This document shows positions 24,690-35,391 of a DNA stretch of 45,217 bases, one piece after another. The DNA comes from Halocafeteria seosinensis (lineage: Eukaryota). Position 1 is the stretch's first letter. Each line of letters begins with the position of its first letter. Under the pieces are notes generated by a model, which was given only the letters and a program-made list of their open reading frames with translations, was not told where the DNA came from and ran no database searches. The position numbers were made by a program, and so were the translations under genes. Location: assembly GCA_001687465.1 (NCBI GenBank), contig LVLI01000661.1:1-45217 (forward strand). Reading direction: 5' to 3'.

Positions 24690-27600
24690 CTATTCGAATA
24701 CAATGACATTTTTCTCTCGTAGCTTTCGAATTACTAAAGATGCGGGGGCGACAAAGTTCTCTCGATCAGTTTCAAGAACATCTTCCTCAACGATGACCTG
24801 CTTCAGGGCTGACACCAAATCATCACACGCTTGTCTGAAGGTTTCATACCTCATAAGCACCACGTGTCTGAAAGACTTCTCGGTCACTTGGACTAACGGT
24901 CGAAGAAACGTTGGACTAAGCAGTCGCGCAAGGCTTTGGGCGTTGCACTGCACGTTCGGGTCATCTTCTTCGGGCTTTTCCTTTGGAGCTAGGGTATCCA
25001 TGCCTTTGCGGATGCCCTTAATAAGTGTCTCTATATCTGCTTCGAGTCCTTCCTCGGTGTTCTCGCTAATTCGGTAAATTTCGTCAAACGCGTCATTACT
25101 GGAAATCAAACCATTCTGACCCTCCGAATCTCCTAGTTTCGTCAAGTTGTCTTGTAATTCTTTTACTTTCTGGGGGTCATTAAAGCGCGCTATAGCTTTC
25201 CTTACCCTCTCCAGAGACTCACATTGCTTTCGATCGAATAGGATATCAACCAGCATGTCCGTCAAGTATACATTATCTCCACCATACAACGGCCCTTCGA
25301 ACTTTGCCAGAAACAAAGCCATATTTTCTTGAGTAAGCCATCGTGGGGATGGTTGAGCATCACTTTGTAGCTCTACGGCTAAAGTAATACTCCCTTCTTC
25401 TAGTCTATCAGACTGCGAAATAACCTCGAAGTTTCCTGTCACACAAAATCCCTCAAGCAGAGCGCCTAGGTCAACTTTCGCATATCCAAGAAGTGTATTA
25501 CCATATTCTGCCGCATCATCGTAGAGACGAAGTTCCAACGGTTGAAGAAGATCTCTTGCGATGTCGTCGCTAGTGCTCCATGGGAGGGGAATCGTGGAAT
25601 CATCTTTCCAAATAGGTTCTGTAGTTTCGCGTGCCACGGACGTAAATATTGGCAGATCTTTAGACATATCGCCGGAGACTTCAATGTATGGAGAAACGAC
25701 ATCATTTCCACTGGATAATTGAAGCAAACCTCGATCAACGTGCAACCGCATATAACACTGGTCTTTCATCCTTTGCTTTGGTTTTCGGGTACCTCTCTTT
25801 GATGCTTTACCGCTGGCATATTCTTTCTGCCATAACTCCTTAACAGGATACGCGAGTCTTACTTCCAAACGAGCGGTGCCTACCACGTTTCCCGTACTTG
25901 AGCTTATTAACTGAATTGCATCCCTTCGCATTTTCCCACGACGCGACTCTACAACTTGCAAAAGATCAATGTCCGCAGACGCAACAGTCACATAATCGGC
26001 ACCTACAACTACGTGCAGATTAACGCGAACGGAAGAGTCCCGATTCTGAACATTGCTGAGAAATTCTGTGTTAGGGAAACGAAACTGTACGGCAAAATTC
26101 CATGTAGGTGTAACAGCCGTTGACAACGGGGAAGTCTGGGTTTCGTACTGATCAAAGTCGACGGTGCAGAAGGTGCAAACACCCTGGGCGCTAGCTGGCC
26201 ATACTGTTTCGTTGTAGCTAGAGTTGTCGAGTTGTTTTAGCGTGGAATCACGGAGTTCTGGCCAATCTAACACACCGTCTACAATATACGTTTCCATTAC
26301 GTTCTCCCCTGGAGCAAAGTTTTCTAATTCTGCCCCCAAATCATCGTCCGTTTCAGACGCTGCACCAACGGCTGCTTCCCCTTCATCCTCTTCACTTTCG
26401 GCCTCGGGTCTTTCATCAATAGACTTTTTGCCTTTGTAGTTTAGCTGTGTTTTCAATGACTCTATCTTCTTGGTAAGCTCCGCGCACTTTTCCTCTGCTC
26501 GTTCAGCGCGGACCTTTAGAGATCGTTTTTCTCGCTCTTTTCCTTCTCGTATTTCACTTAGTTCGTCAGAAAGATCTCGTGCAAGCGCTGACTGAGTCGA
26601 TAGCATCCTTTCACTTCGTTCTGTTGCCTGCTGGGAGGGTAGTAGTTGGGATTGCAACTGAGCGCATCGTCGCTTTAGCGCTGGAACACTTTCAGCATCT
26701 TCTTCACCCTCTGTGCCCTCATGGGCTTTCTCCAACTTGCGCCTTGCATCAGCCACGGCTTCCATGAGCATCGCGCGTGAGTCTCCCTTAGAGTCATCTT
26801 CACCGTCCTTATCCTCCATTTGCAGGACTCCTTCAAACACTCCCAAGCGTTCTCGCAACGCTTCCGTGCCGCTCGCAGCAGCCCTAGCTGCAACTCTAAG
26901 CTTCTGGTTGTCCTTATTGAGACGTTCGGATTCATCCTCCAGGCGGCTGACTTTGTCTTCATATTTCTTTAGTTTGCTAGCCTGGTCACGTACAGTACCT
27001 TGCAGATATGCCAGTTTATCACTGAGTTCCTGCTTTTCATTTTTCAGGCTGCGGATCTCATTAGAGAGGTCTTTTGTATCCTGTTTTCCCTTGATAAACG
27101 GGCTCTCCAAAAGCTCCATTTTTTCATGTTCGAGGTTGCTGACTTGAGAACGCAGTTGTGATATTGTGCTATCTTTGTCTTGATCCTGTTGTAGATATGC
27201 TTGCAATTGTTCATAACTGGATTGAAACTCGGATAACGAGGACCGCAATTGCCGGGCTTCTTCAGTTCTCTGCTCTAAGGCATCCAATGTCCGTTGATAC
27301 ACATTGCGTTCAGATTCCAGGTTCGAGGATACGCTATCTAGTCGCCGTCGAAGGATCGTCAGTTCCGAGTCTTTTTCTCGCAACTGTTGTACAAGTTGAG
27401 AGTACGACCCGGAACTTGAGGAAGACGATTCTGCAGCGGAAGATTGTTTGAGTTTTTCACGGAGCCATTCGTTCTCTTCAGTAAGCTCTCGGATCTGTTG
27501 ATCACAATTTTCCAGTTTTTCTCGTAACTGATCTAAGTGGGATGCCGAGTGCACAGGAGCAGAGGACGGCCTTTGGTCCTGTCCAGCGGCGGTATGACTT

Positions 27601-28126
27601 GGACGTTGCGTTTGTCTTGCGGGTGTTTTCTTGCCCTGCGTTTGCCCCTGCCTTTTGCTGCCACCTCTCGTCGTACTGGCGGCGGTAGCAGTGCGTCGTT
27701 TTGTTGTCCCAGCAGATCCAGGTTCCCCGGGTGGCCGGACGTTGTTAACACTCGTGCCCAGGACGTCTGCTTTATGTCGGAGGGCTTCATTGGCTCTTCG
27801 CGCAGTTTCCCTGAGTTCCTTATTCTTCTTTACCAACTTTTGGTTTTCCTTTTCTAACTCATTACTCTTTGCTTCAGCATCTAACGCTCTCTGGAGCAAT
27901 GTGGCTTTATCCCCTCCTCCTTTTTTCAAGGTGCTTTCGATCACGGAGAGCCGCGTATACATCCTGCACGGCATAATAAATCAGTAGAGAGGAGAGAGTC
28001 GTATGACTAGCCAGTGGGTAGCACATACCGCTTAATGGTCTGTTGTTGCTCATTGTTTTGCTTTTTGAGAGTCTTATTTTCCTCCTCCAAATCCAGCACT
28101 CGTTGCTCATTATCAGGTGTCGCCAT
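24690..28126 (-). CDS. RPGRIP1L: RPGRIP1L/fantom (MKS5/NPHP8) ciliary transition-zone protein: coiled coil plus tandem C2 domains; 2 exons
   Basis: ATG at 28126 and an intron at 28028-27964 give LEEENKTLKKQNNEQQQTIKR|MYTRL. A long coiled coil follows, then the first-C2 signature GENVMETYI...TFCTVDFDQYETQTSP...PTWNFAVQF and a second C2 domain (PYIEV...EPIWKD...LELRLYDD...LGYAKVDL). Confidence 0.85.
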
Positions 28127-28387
28127 CTTCCCAAGGGGAGCATTTATTGTACTTTCTCTCCCAGAAAGTGGACAGAACTCGTCTCTACGATACAATACAA
28201 TAATGTCCTCTTTAACTACAGTATTTGAATTCCACAGTTCAACTTGAGGTAAACGGCCGGGCCGAACCAACAACGTGTTGTGAAGCTACGACTGGAAGTC
28301 TCTTTATTTGTTTACCCACTGCGTGTTGTTTTGAGTCCGGGTGTCGTGCCTCACAAGAAGAAAAAAAAGAAGAGCAGTGACGACGAG
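28127..28387. promoter_or_regulatory. Putative bidirectional promoter between RPGRIP1L and the ketoacyl synthase
   Basis: The head-to-head start codons are only about 260 bp apart. No specific motif was identified. Confidence 0.4.
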
Positions 28388-30405
28388 ATGTCTGTGACGA
28401 ACACCATTAGTGGAGCGCGTCGAGTTGTGATAACGGGACTGGGATTAGTCAGTCCTCTGGGGGTTGGAATCGGCCAAAATGTGTCGGCGGCAGCTTCCAC
28501 CGCGAATCGTCAACAAGTGATACAGGAAGCCATTCAACAGAACCATGCCAGTATAGGCGCACCGGGCTCGTCGGCGTACCAAGGAGCATTTCCTGCGCTA
28601 GTAGCCGGTCATTCTGGGCTCAAAGTAGGCAGATGGGATGGAGTGGTAGTCTGGAAGTGTGTGTGTGTATGTTTATGCAATGTGCTTTGTATTCGTTCAG
28701 ACTCTGGAGGATGAAGCTTTCAAGGACTTCCCTTGTCGTGTCGCGGGTGTCGTACCTCATGGGACAGGTTAGTATGGCAGCATTGTCTTGTCGTCATCCT
28801 GTACTTCATGTACGTAATGCAGAGCAGGTCCCGGGGAATTCAATGTAGACGACTGGGTCGCCAAGCGAGACAAGAGAACACAAGGCGTAAACTATATTGC
28901 GTATGCGCTCTCTGCGGCTCAGCAGGCACTGGACGAGAGTGGAGTATTAAGGAGCACAAATTTTGACCCTCACAGAAGTGTACGTAAGCATCCCGTAGCT
29001 TTGGAATATGTCCAACGATGGATTTCTGCACGTTTGATACAGGGGGTAAGCATTGGCTCCGGGATTGGAGATATCCAGGAAACAAATGATACTGCGCTCA
29101 CTCTGAGCGAACACGGTGGTGGCCTCAGACGAGTGTCTCCTTTTTTTATCCCAAGGATGCTTGTCAACATGGCTGCAGGCAACGTTAGTATCAATTTTGG
29201 ACTGAAAGGCCCCAACCTTGCTCCTGCAACAGCATGCGCTTCCGGAGCTCATGCCTTGGGGGATGGTTTTCGTGCTATTAAATATGGAGGTATGATTAAC
29301 ACGAACGTGCTAAAGAGGAATCTTGCGAGCTCAGTACCGAGACTCTATTGCAGATGCTGATGTGATGGTAGCTGGCGGTACGGAGTCCAGCATCAACCAA
29401 TTGGCACTTGCAGGGTTTTCGCGAGCACGGGCGCTGTGTACTTCCCACAATGACAACCCCACTGAAGCCAGTCGTCCATTTTCCAAAGGAAGGAACGGTT
29501 TCATTCTCGGAGAAGGGGCTGCTGTCTTCGTACTAGAGGTACGTCTGCCTAGCTGCAAGAGTGAACTTAATGTACACCTTGGGTGATGATCACTTGAGTT
29601 CAGGAGCGAGAAAGTGCCTTGACTCGAGGGGCTAAGATCTACGGGGAAGTTTGTGGATACGGAATGTCGGGTGATGCATATCACATCACTGCTCCATCCC
29701 CTGAAGCTACCGCATCTCTTAGATGCATGGAGGCTGCCACGAGAGAGGTAAGACTCTTTTTTGGCTTGAACAGTTCAATATATTAGTGCAATATATATGT
29801 TAATGGACTCCATAGGCTGGTGTATGGGGATCTTTGGTGGATTATGTAAACGCACATGCAACATCTACGCCTCTGGGTGATGAAGTAGGTGTATAGTACA
29901 CTGCCACCATTGCTCCTATTATGCAGCATTATCGAAGGTGCAGGTGGAGGCAAATGGTATTCATCAGCTACACGAAAGGTCACAAGTGACGAGAAGTCCG
30001 GATGTCCCCAAGACAGTCGTTGCATCTAACAAGGGCCATGTTGGCCACTTGCTTGGAGCCGCTGGAGCTGTCGAAAGTTTGTTCGCCGTGCTCTCAATGT
30101 ACAATGTAAGTCTGTTTGTGCGGCCCGCATGAGTTGCATAAATTCCTCAAGCTGTATCTACAGGGTATTCTTCCCGGAACGCGAAATTTGGAGGAGCTCG
30201 ATGAGAGTATCAACACGGAGTTTCTGTCTTTTCCTGGCTATTCAACTCAGCAGACGTAAGTGCATATATTTACAAACTCCATGTCTGGATTTTGTCCGTC
30301 AAAAACCGTCTAGTGCTTGACTGCAGTGTCGAATATGCTCTATCTAATTCTTTTGGTTTTGGTGGGACCAATACGAGTCTCCTATTTCGAAAGGGGGAGT
30401 TGTAA
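28388..30405 (+). CDS. OXSM: 3-oxoacyl-[ACP] synthase II (FabF / mitochondrial OXSM type), 10 exons
   Basis: Motifs [39 protein letters not shown] (catalytic Cys), [28 protein letters not shown] (His), [12 protein letters not shown] (His) and NSFGFGGTN. Nine GT-AG introns were traced in frame, at about 28626-28700, 28768-28827, 28980-29042, 29290-29353, 29539-29603, 29747-29815, 29885-29943, 30106-30163 and 30256-30326. Confidence 0.93.
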
Positions 30406-31175
30406 CTTCAGATGCAGCTTCCTGGGATGTCAAGTTTTACCAATGTTCAATAATTTCTCTTTAGAGTCCGGGATATAAAGCGTTCTGGGTTTCTGCTCGT
30501 AATTGCATCTTCCTGTTATTTGGCATCTGAGACGTGGCCCACCCGGTGTCATGTCTTATAAGGCAATATAGAACACAATTGGTTGTATATGATGTGTTTA
30601 AGAGCTACTCGGGATGTTTTATCGCCTACAATGTTACCTGTATCGGTTCGTGTGCCTTGGCCAATGTAATCAGAGCCTCGATGCAAGATTCAAAGGTGTC
30701 TCAGGCTAGTGGACGCAAAAGGAAGAAACGCGAGACTATTTGTCTCGCTTTTTCCATATATTGATTCGACTTGATATTCGTTGAAAAACTCGAACCTGTG
30801 ACCCCCGAGTTGGATCAGAGCCTCAGAGGGTTCCAACTCGAAGCACCCGCGAAGTTTTCAGTTTAATTCTTAAATATCTGCACAGAGTACTACCGCCCAC
30901 CTATTGGCTGCTAGCTTGAAGAAAATGCAGTTTTGATTGAATGAATTCTGCCTGCCTTCCAAAAAGCGTTCCTATCCGCTGCATCTAGAATAGCAATTGA
31001 ATGTTACAACTACATGGACATTCAGGCTGGTGTGAACTTGGTCCTGACGTCGCGTCGTGTCGTGTCACTTCAACTTCATTATTCACTCCACCTCGCTGTA
31101 TATTGTCGACGTGTATAGAGGGAGGGAGACTGTCAGCAGTACAATTATTTTGAAGTGTGTCTGCCTGCTAGCATA

Positions 31176-34100
31176 ATGAGTGGAACGAAACGCCCTCGAC
31201 CACAGGTGAATGGAGATGATGGGCAGGCGACCTACTCCAGCTCCACTTCCTCCAAGGCTCCTAAACACCTCCATACAGAGTCGAATGGCGACGATAGCGG
31301 TGGTGATGAGAGCTCATTGCCCTCTATTGAGACGAGCGATGATGAGGAGCAATGGGCGCAATCGTTCGTAAACACGGTAGAGGCTGAAGGAGTGGAGAAT
31401 ATACAGCATCCCAAACACCCTCATTACCATGATGATGATGATGATGATGATAATGATAAACAAGAACAAGGAAATGACAAGGATGCCATGGAAAAGAAAC
31501 TGGAGGAATGGGAGAATCAGCCGAGGCGAGGGGGTCGAGAATGGCAGAGTGCTGATGGAGCAGCGGCATCAGGGTTGCCCATTAAACAAAGCAATACTGG
31601 CAAAATTATCCATCCTTCCGAACAGGGGGCAACAGGACACCCGCGGGAAATGCTGCACTTTCAGCAACAACAGCAGCAGAAGGCGGCAGGCGGTGACGGT
31701 GCTGTTGAGGGGGGTCAGCAACAAGAGCAACCCGATAAGACTGAGGAAGAGGAGGAGGAAGAACGACAGAGACAACAGGAGGAGAGAAAGAGACAGAATA
31801 TTAGAAAGAGTAAACAAGCGAGAATCGAAAATATCATACAGAACTTGAAGCTCGACTATTTGAGTGAAACGCAACTGGTCAAACGAAGAGAGAAACGCAA
31901 ACGAGAAATCGCTAAACTGGCCGAGAAAATATTAGAAAAACCTGAAAGCAACATCTGCACAAACGCTCCCAGTAGTGTCGGTGCCGGCAAAGCGGTAGCT
32001 TCAACATTGAGACGGTGTAATAGAATGCTTGACTTGCATGAAATATGTTATGATGGCGATCTCATTGTACGGAAACTGGCAATTCTATCAGAACTACGTG
32101 TTGTCAAGGATATCCTTCCCGGGTACCGGATTCAGCTTCCTCAAGCACAAGAGAATGTGCAGCTTAAGAAGGAAGTGAAACGGTTGCGAGAATTTGAGCG
32201 CGATTTACTTGTATCTTTTGAGCGATACTTGGATTTCTTGGAGGCTACACTGAAAGCGTATGACCAGGCTGATGCGCTCGCCAATGCTCCGCCATTGGAC
32301 GACAAGAAGATCGAGGCTTTAAAGTCCGGAGAATGGGATCAGTTCGAGGAAGAGACTCCTCATTCTATTGATTCTCTTATGAAAAAGAAAGCGCATCAAC
32401 GCCGAGCTGCGAAAGGTTATCTTGGTGAGCTACAACAATTTCGGGGAACCAATCGACAGATACAATCCCTTGGTGTTACAGCTATTAGAGCACTATGCGA
32501 ATTACTAGAGGCTGCGTACCACTTTAATTATCGGGAAAGATTGGTTGCTATAATTGTCTCCAGAGCCAATCACAAATCCGAAGAACTGGCTCGGCCATGT
32601 ATTAGTTGCATAAATACCATCTGTGAGGAAGATGTCAGTTGCGCAGCGTGTGTGGATATTGTTAAACAAGTTCGAGAACTCGTAAAGTCAGTTGGGGTTA
32701 ATGTTCGGCGAGAGCTGATTGAGTGCCTCTGCAATCTCCCGCTAAAGACGCTGCAAAGGGACAGCAAGATACAACAAGCAGAGAAGAAGAAGATCAAGGC
32801 CGCATTGGCCAAGAAAACCAAAAAAGAAGATGCCAAGGATATCATGTCGTCGCTCAAAGCTGCGGATGCGGAGGATCGGGATGAACGGATAAAAAACCAG
32901 ACCGAATGTTTGAAGCAAGTGATGGTGATTTACTTGAAGTTGCTTCGTTCGGAAAACAATGCGCACGTATTGTCTCCTATCCTGGACGGAATTGGAAAAT
33001 TTTCTGCCCTTATCGATGTGCAAGTGGCAGAAGACGTTGTGCTGCATCTGAAAGACTTGGTAGAAAGAGATTGTGAATGTGAAACAGCTGAAGACGATCT
33101 TTTGGCTGCTTCGCTTGGGTCAGAAGTGGCTACCGAGTGGTATCAAGGAACCGGAAGGTCCACTGGACAACCGAAAGACCAGGTATCAGGGGATGCTGAT
33201 AAGGTCTTGTCTCAGAAGAAAGTTTCCAAGATACTAGATGGCAGCTTGGGCTTGCCAATCGATGCTTCCATAAAACTTGTTGAGACAGCGTTCCATATCA
33301 CAGGAGGATCTGGAAGAATACTGAATTCTGATGAATCGATTTTTGCCAATTATTTGTATAGGATTCTCCTACGACTTGTTGCACCCCTACCATCCTCACT
33401 GTCGGCGGGAGCTAATGGCGAATTCTATATCCGGGCCATTACCTCCGCGTTGATCAAAAGGAAGGACATTGAAATTTCGAGGGTGGCAGCATTTGTAAAA
33501 CGTCTGTGCTTGGTCGCCAGTCACGTACCAGCGCATGTATCTCTCGCATTTCTCTCGCTGGCTAGAGAACTCTTATCGGCGTACCCAGGAGCCCAAGCAA
33601 CACTCTCGTCGGAAGCAGAGAAAGTAGGCAGTGGCAACTACGACTTGGATGGGTTGGATATGACACAGACTTCTGCAAATGGATTGGCAGCTACACTTTG
33701 GGAACTGGCCGCTCTCGGGAGACACTTCAATCCTGCAGTCCGTGCGTTTGCTATAGGCACGGCGAATGGGAATTCTCCCTCTTTGGGAATGGGCCCGACC
33801 AAATTGTTGCAAAGTTTTGACTTTACACAATCGTGTACATTTAACCCCTCGATTCCTTCTGCTTCTCCGCATCCTCTTGACAAGAAGTGTTCAAGTGAAT
33901 GGAAACATGAATGTCGATCTGTGAATGGAAATGACAGCCACTCACAGGAAGAGGAGAAGGATCAGCTGTTGGATCCACTATCGCATGACGTGGATCTCAC
34001 CGAGAAGGCAAGTGGGAGCGTTGAGGTAGCCGCGGTCAATGGAAACGCAGCGTATGTTTTTGCCACAAGCTCTAAGAACGGTAATATGCAGCGACTAAGG

Positions 34101-34244
34101 GGAGAAGTAAACGATGTATCTACAGGCATTTTAAGAGAATGGATGAATAACCAAGTGCTTCCAAGGGAAAACGCTGCGTCCGATGAATCCTTACAAAGTG
34201 TGGTGCGATGGGCCAACGATGTTATTGCCAGTAAATATGATTGA
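31176..34244 (+). CDS. NOC3L: Nucleolar complex protein 3 (NOC3 and CBF/Mak21 domains), single exon
   Basis: Motifs RKLAILSELRVVKDILPGYRI, KKEVKRLREFERDLL, ALCELLEAAYHFNYR, ILDGIGKFSALI, RVAAFVKRL and ATLWELAALGRHFNPAVR, with an acidic N-terminus. A (GAT)n poly-Asp tract lies at about 31428-31458. Confidence 0.9.
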   Translation: MSGTKRPRPQVNGDDGQATYSSSTSSKAPKHLHTESNGDDSGGDESSLPSIETSDDEEQWAQSFVNTVEAEGVENIQHPKHPHYHDDDDDDDNDKQEQGNDKDAMEKKLEEWENQPRRGGREWQSADGAAASGLPIKQSNTGKIIHPSEQGATGHPREMLHFQQQQQQKAAGGDGAVEGGQQQEQPDKTEEEEEEERQRQQEERKRQNIRKSKQARIENIIQNLKLDYLSETQLVKRREKRKREIAKLAEKILEKPESNICTNAPSSVGAGKAVASTLRRCNRMLDLHEICYDGDLIVRKLAILSELRVVKDILPGYRIQLPQAQENVQLKKEVKRLREFERDLLVSFERYLDFLEATLKAYDQADALANAPPLDDKKIEALKSGEWDQFEEETPHSIDSLMKKKAHQRRAAKGYLGELQQFRGTNRQIQSLGVTAIRALCELLEAAYHFNYRERLVAIIVSRANHKSEELARPCISCINTICEEDVSCAACVDIVKQVRELVKSVGVNVRRELIECLCNLPLKTLQRDSKIQQAEKKKIKAALAKKTKKEDAKDIMSSLKAADAEDRDERIKNQTECLKQVMVIYLKLLRSENNAHVLSPILDGIGKFSALIDVQVAEDVVLHLKDLVERDCECETAEDDLLAASLGSEVATEWYQGTGRSTGQPKDQVSGDADKVLSQKKVSKILDGSLGLPIDASIKLVETAFHITGGSGRILNSDESIFANYLYRILLRLVAPLPSSLSAGANGEFYIRAITSALIKRKDIEISRVAAFVKRLCLVASHVPAHVSLAFLSLARELLSAYPGAQATLSSEAEKVGSGNYDLDGLDMTQTSANGLAATLWELAALGRHFNPAVRAFAIGTANGNSPSLGMGPTKLLQSFDFTQSCTFNPSIPSASPHPLDKKCSSEWKHECRSVNGNDSHSQEEEKDQLLDPLSHDVDLTEKASGSVEVAAVNGNAAYVFATSSKNGNMQRLRGEVNDVSTGILREWMNNQVLPRENAASDESLQSVVRWANDVIASKYD

Positions 34245-34518
34245 ACAACTGGCTTGGGATGGCCAGTTGATAGAATGCATTACCACACACAATTGCTCAA
34301 TCACACTGAAACTGAATGTGTTGAGAAGTGCGCTTCCGCAGAGTTACAAAAGTATTTCGCATGGTAATGTTGAACTAGTTCAGTGGGTACTGATTAATGA
34401 GAGCAATTAAAGCTGATAAGCAAGATAGGGAAATTGCAGCAATCAAATTGTTCTTTGGCGGTTTAATTACGGCGAAGAATTCGTTTCTGGTATAAGAGAA
34501 GGACTTTCAAGGACTCAC

Positions 34519-34662
34519 TATACGGAAGATTTGCTTCAATATCTGCCTACAAGTAGGTTGCGATTGTTGAATCTACGGGGGCTTTAGCTGAAAGACTCTG
34601 ACAGTTCTATGGCACTCCACCTTCCTGACGTCAAAATTCTCGCGTGAGTGCACCTGGATATA
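34519..34662 (+). pseudogene. Degenerate 3' fragment of a paralog of the downstream LRR gene
   Basis: Translates YTEDLLQYLPTSRLRLLNLRGL*LKDSDSSMALHLPDVKILA*, against ...FQHLPRVQMLNLRMC...NSCMALHLPDVDIYY* at 41522-41645. Shared DNA blocks are tgttgaatctacgg, atggcactccaccttcctga and the post-stop tgcacctggatata. There is an in-frame TAG at 34585-34587. Confidence 0.8.
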
Positions 34663-34706
34663 TCCTAAGTTGTGCCGTCAAGGGCAGTAGCACGCCGTTC
34701 AGGAGA

Positions 34707-34859
34707 CCGGAGTAGGCTTGTAGTTACGCAGCCTAGCGACCGAGCAGCTAATTTGTCGGAATCCTTTTACGCTTGTTCACTCATTCAGAAGTTACCAGAT
34801 GATAAAGTAACCTGCAGGGCATCAGTCGTGATCACACTGTAGGTGGATGTGTTCAACGG
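34707..34859 (+). repeat. Direct repeat R, copy 1 (153 bp)
   Basis: ccggagtaggcttgtagttacgcagcc...ggatgtgttcaacgg recurs at 38279-38437 with 3 substitutions and 2 indels (1 and 5 nt). Confidence 0.95.
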
Positions 34860-34862
34860 AGT

Positions 34863-35237
34863 CTGGCAACAAAAGGTTGCCACGCACTCGTCGCAGCCTC
34901 TCCAAACGGACAGGTCGAGACCGTCCAATACCTGATTCGGCAAGGTGTGAATATTCGTTACAACCATAACGAGGCCATTAAGCATGTGGTACAGCATGAC
35001 CATTTGGAAGTAGTTGAGTGTTTGATCGACGATACCTATCTGCCATACTATGGCAAAGAACTGGCCTGTATAGCAACTCACTATGGTTATCTTGACCTGG
35101 TCAAATATCTTTTGGAACGCGGCGTAACCAGTTATGCCAGTGTCTTTGGGAAGCCACTCGATGCCGACATTTCAACATTGTTCAGTATGTTGTGGAACAC
35201 GGCAAGATACATACGTCTGATCTTAATTTCTGTTTGA
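34863..35237 (+). pseudogene. Ankyrin-repeat gene fragment (about 3 repeats), no ATG start; probable remnant
   Basis: The frame reads ALVAASPNGQVETVQYLIRQGVNIRYNHNEAIKHVVQHDHLEVVECLI...LACIATHYGYLDLVKYLLERGV and is closed upstream by TAA at 34803. A further ankyrin-like scrap (HGNVELVQWVL) lies near 34360-34395. Confidence 0.7.
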
Positions 35238-35391
35238 TTCGAGCCCGCTTTCAAGACCCAGTGATCGCCGATTATCTGGTGCAAAAAGGTGCGAAGAAAT
35301 CTTTTCGATACCCAACGCATCACATCTCAGAGCAGTCCAAGTCCGGTTCGTAATAACTCGGGATGACTGTGACGTATTGATTTTGGTCGTC

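Noticed and set aside
30782..30860. tRNA gene on the minus strand
   Set aside because: The T-stem and acceptor stem do not pair and there is no D-arm; kept only as a low-interest structure.
34246..34270. 8-bp hairpin caactggc/gccagttg just after the NOC3 stop, read as a terminator or Helitron end
   Set aside because: The context is eukaryotic, and there is no T-tract or CTRR end at the expected spacing.
34707..34859. Repeat R as an snRNA (U5-like ccttttac), SECIS, hammerhead ribozyme or LTR
   Set aside because: The U5 loop lacks its flanking stem, there is no complete SECIS or CUGAUGA/GAAA core, and there are no TG...CA ends or internal gag/pol.
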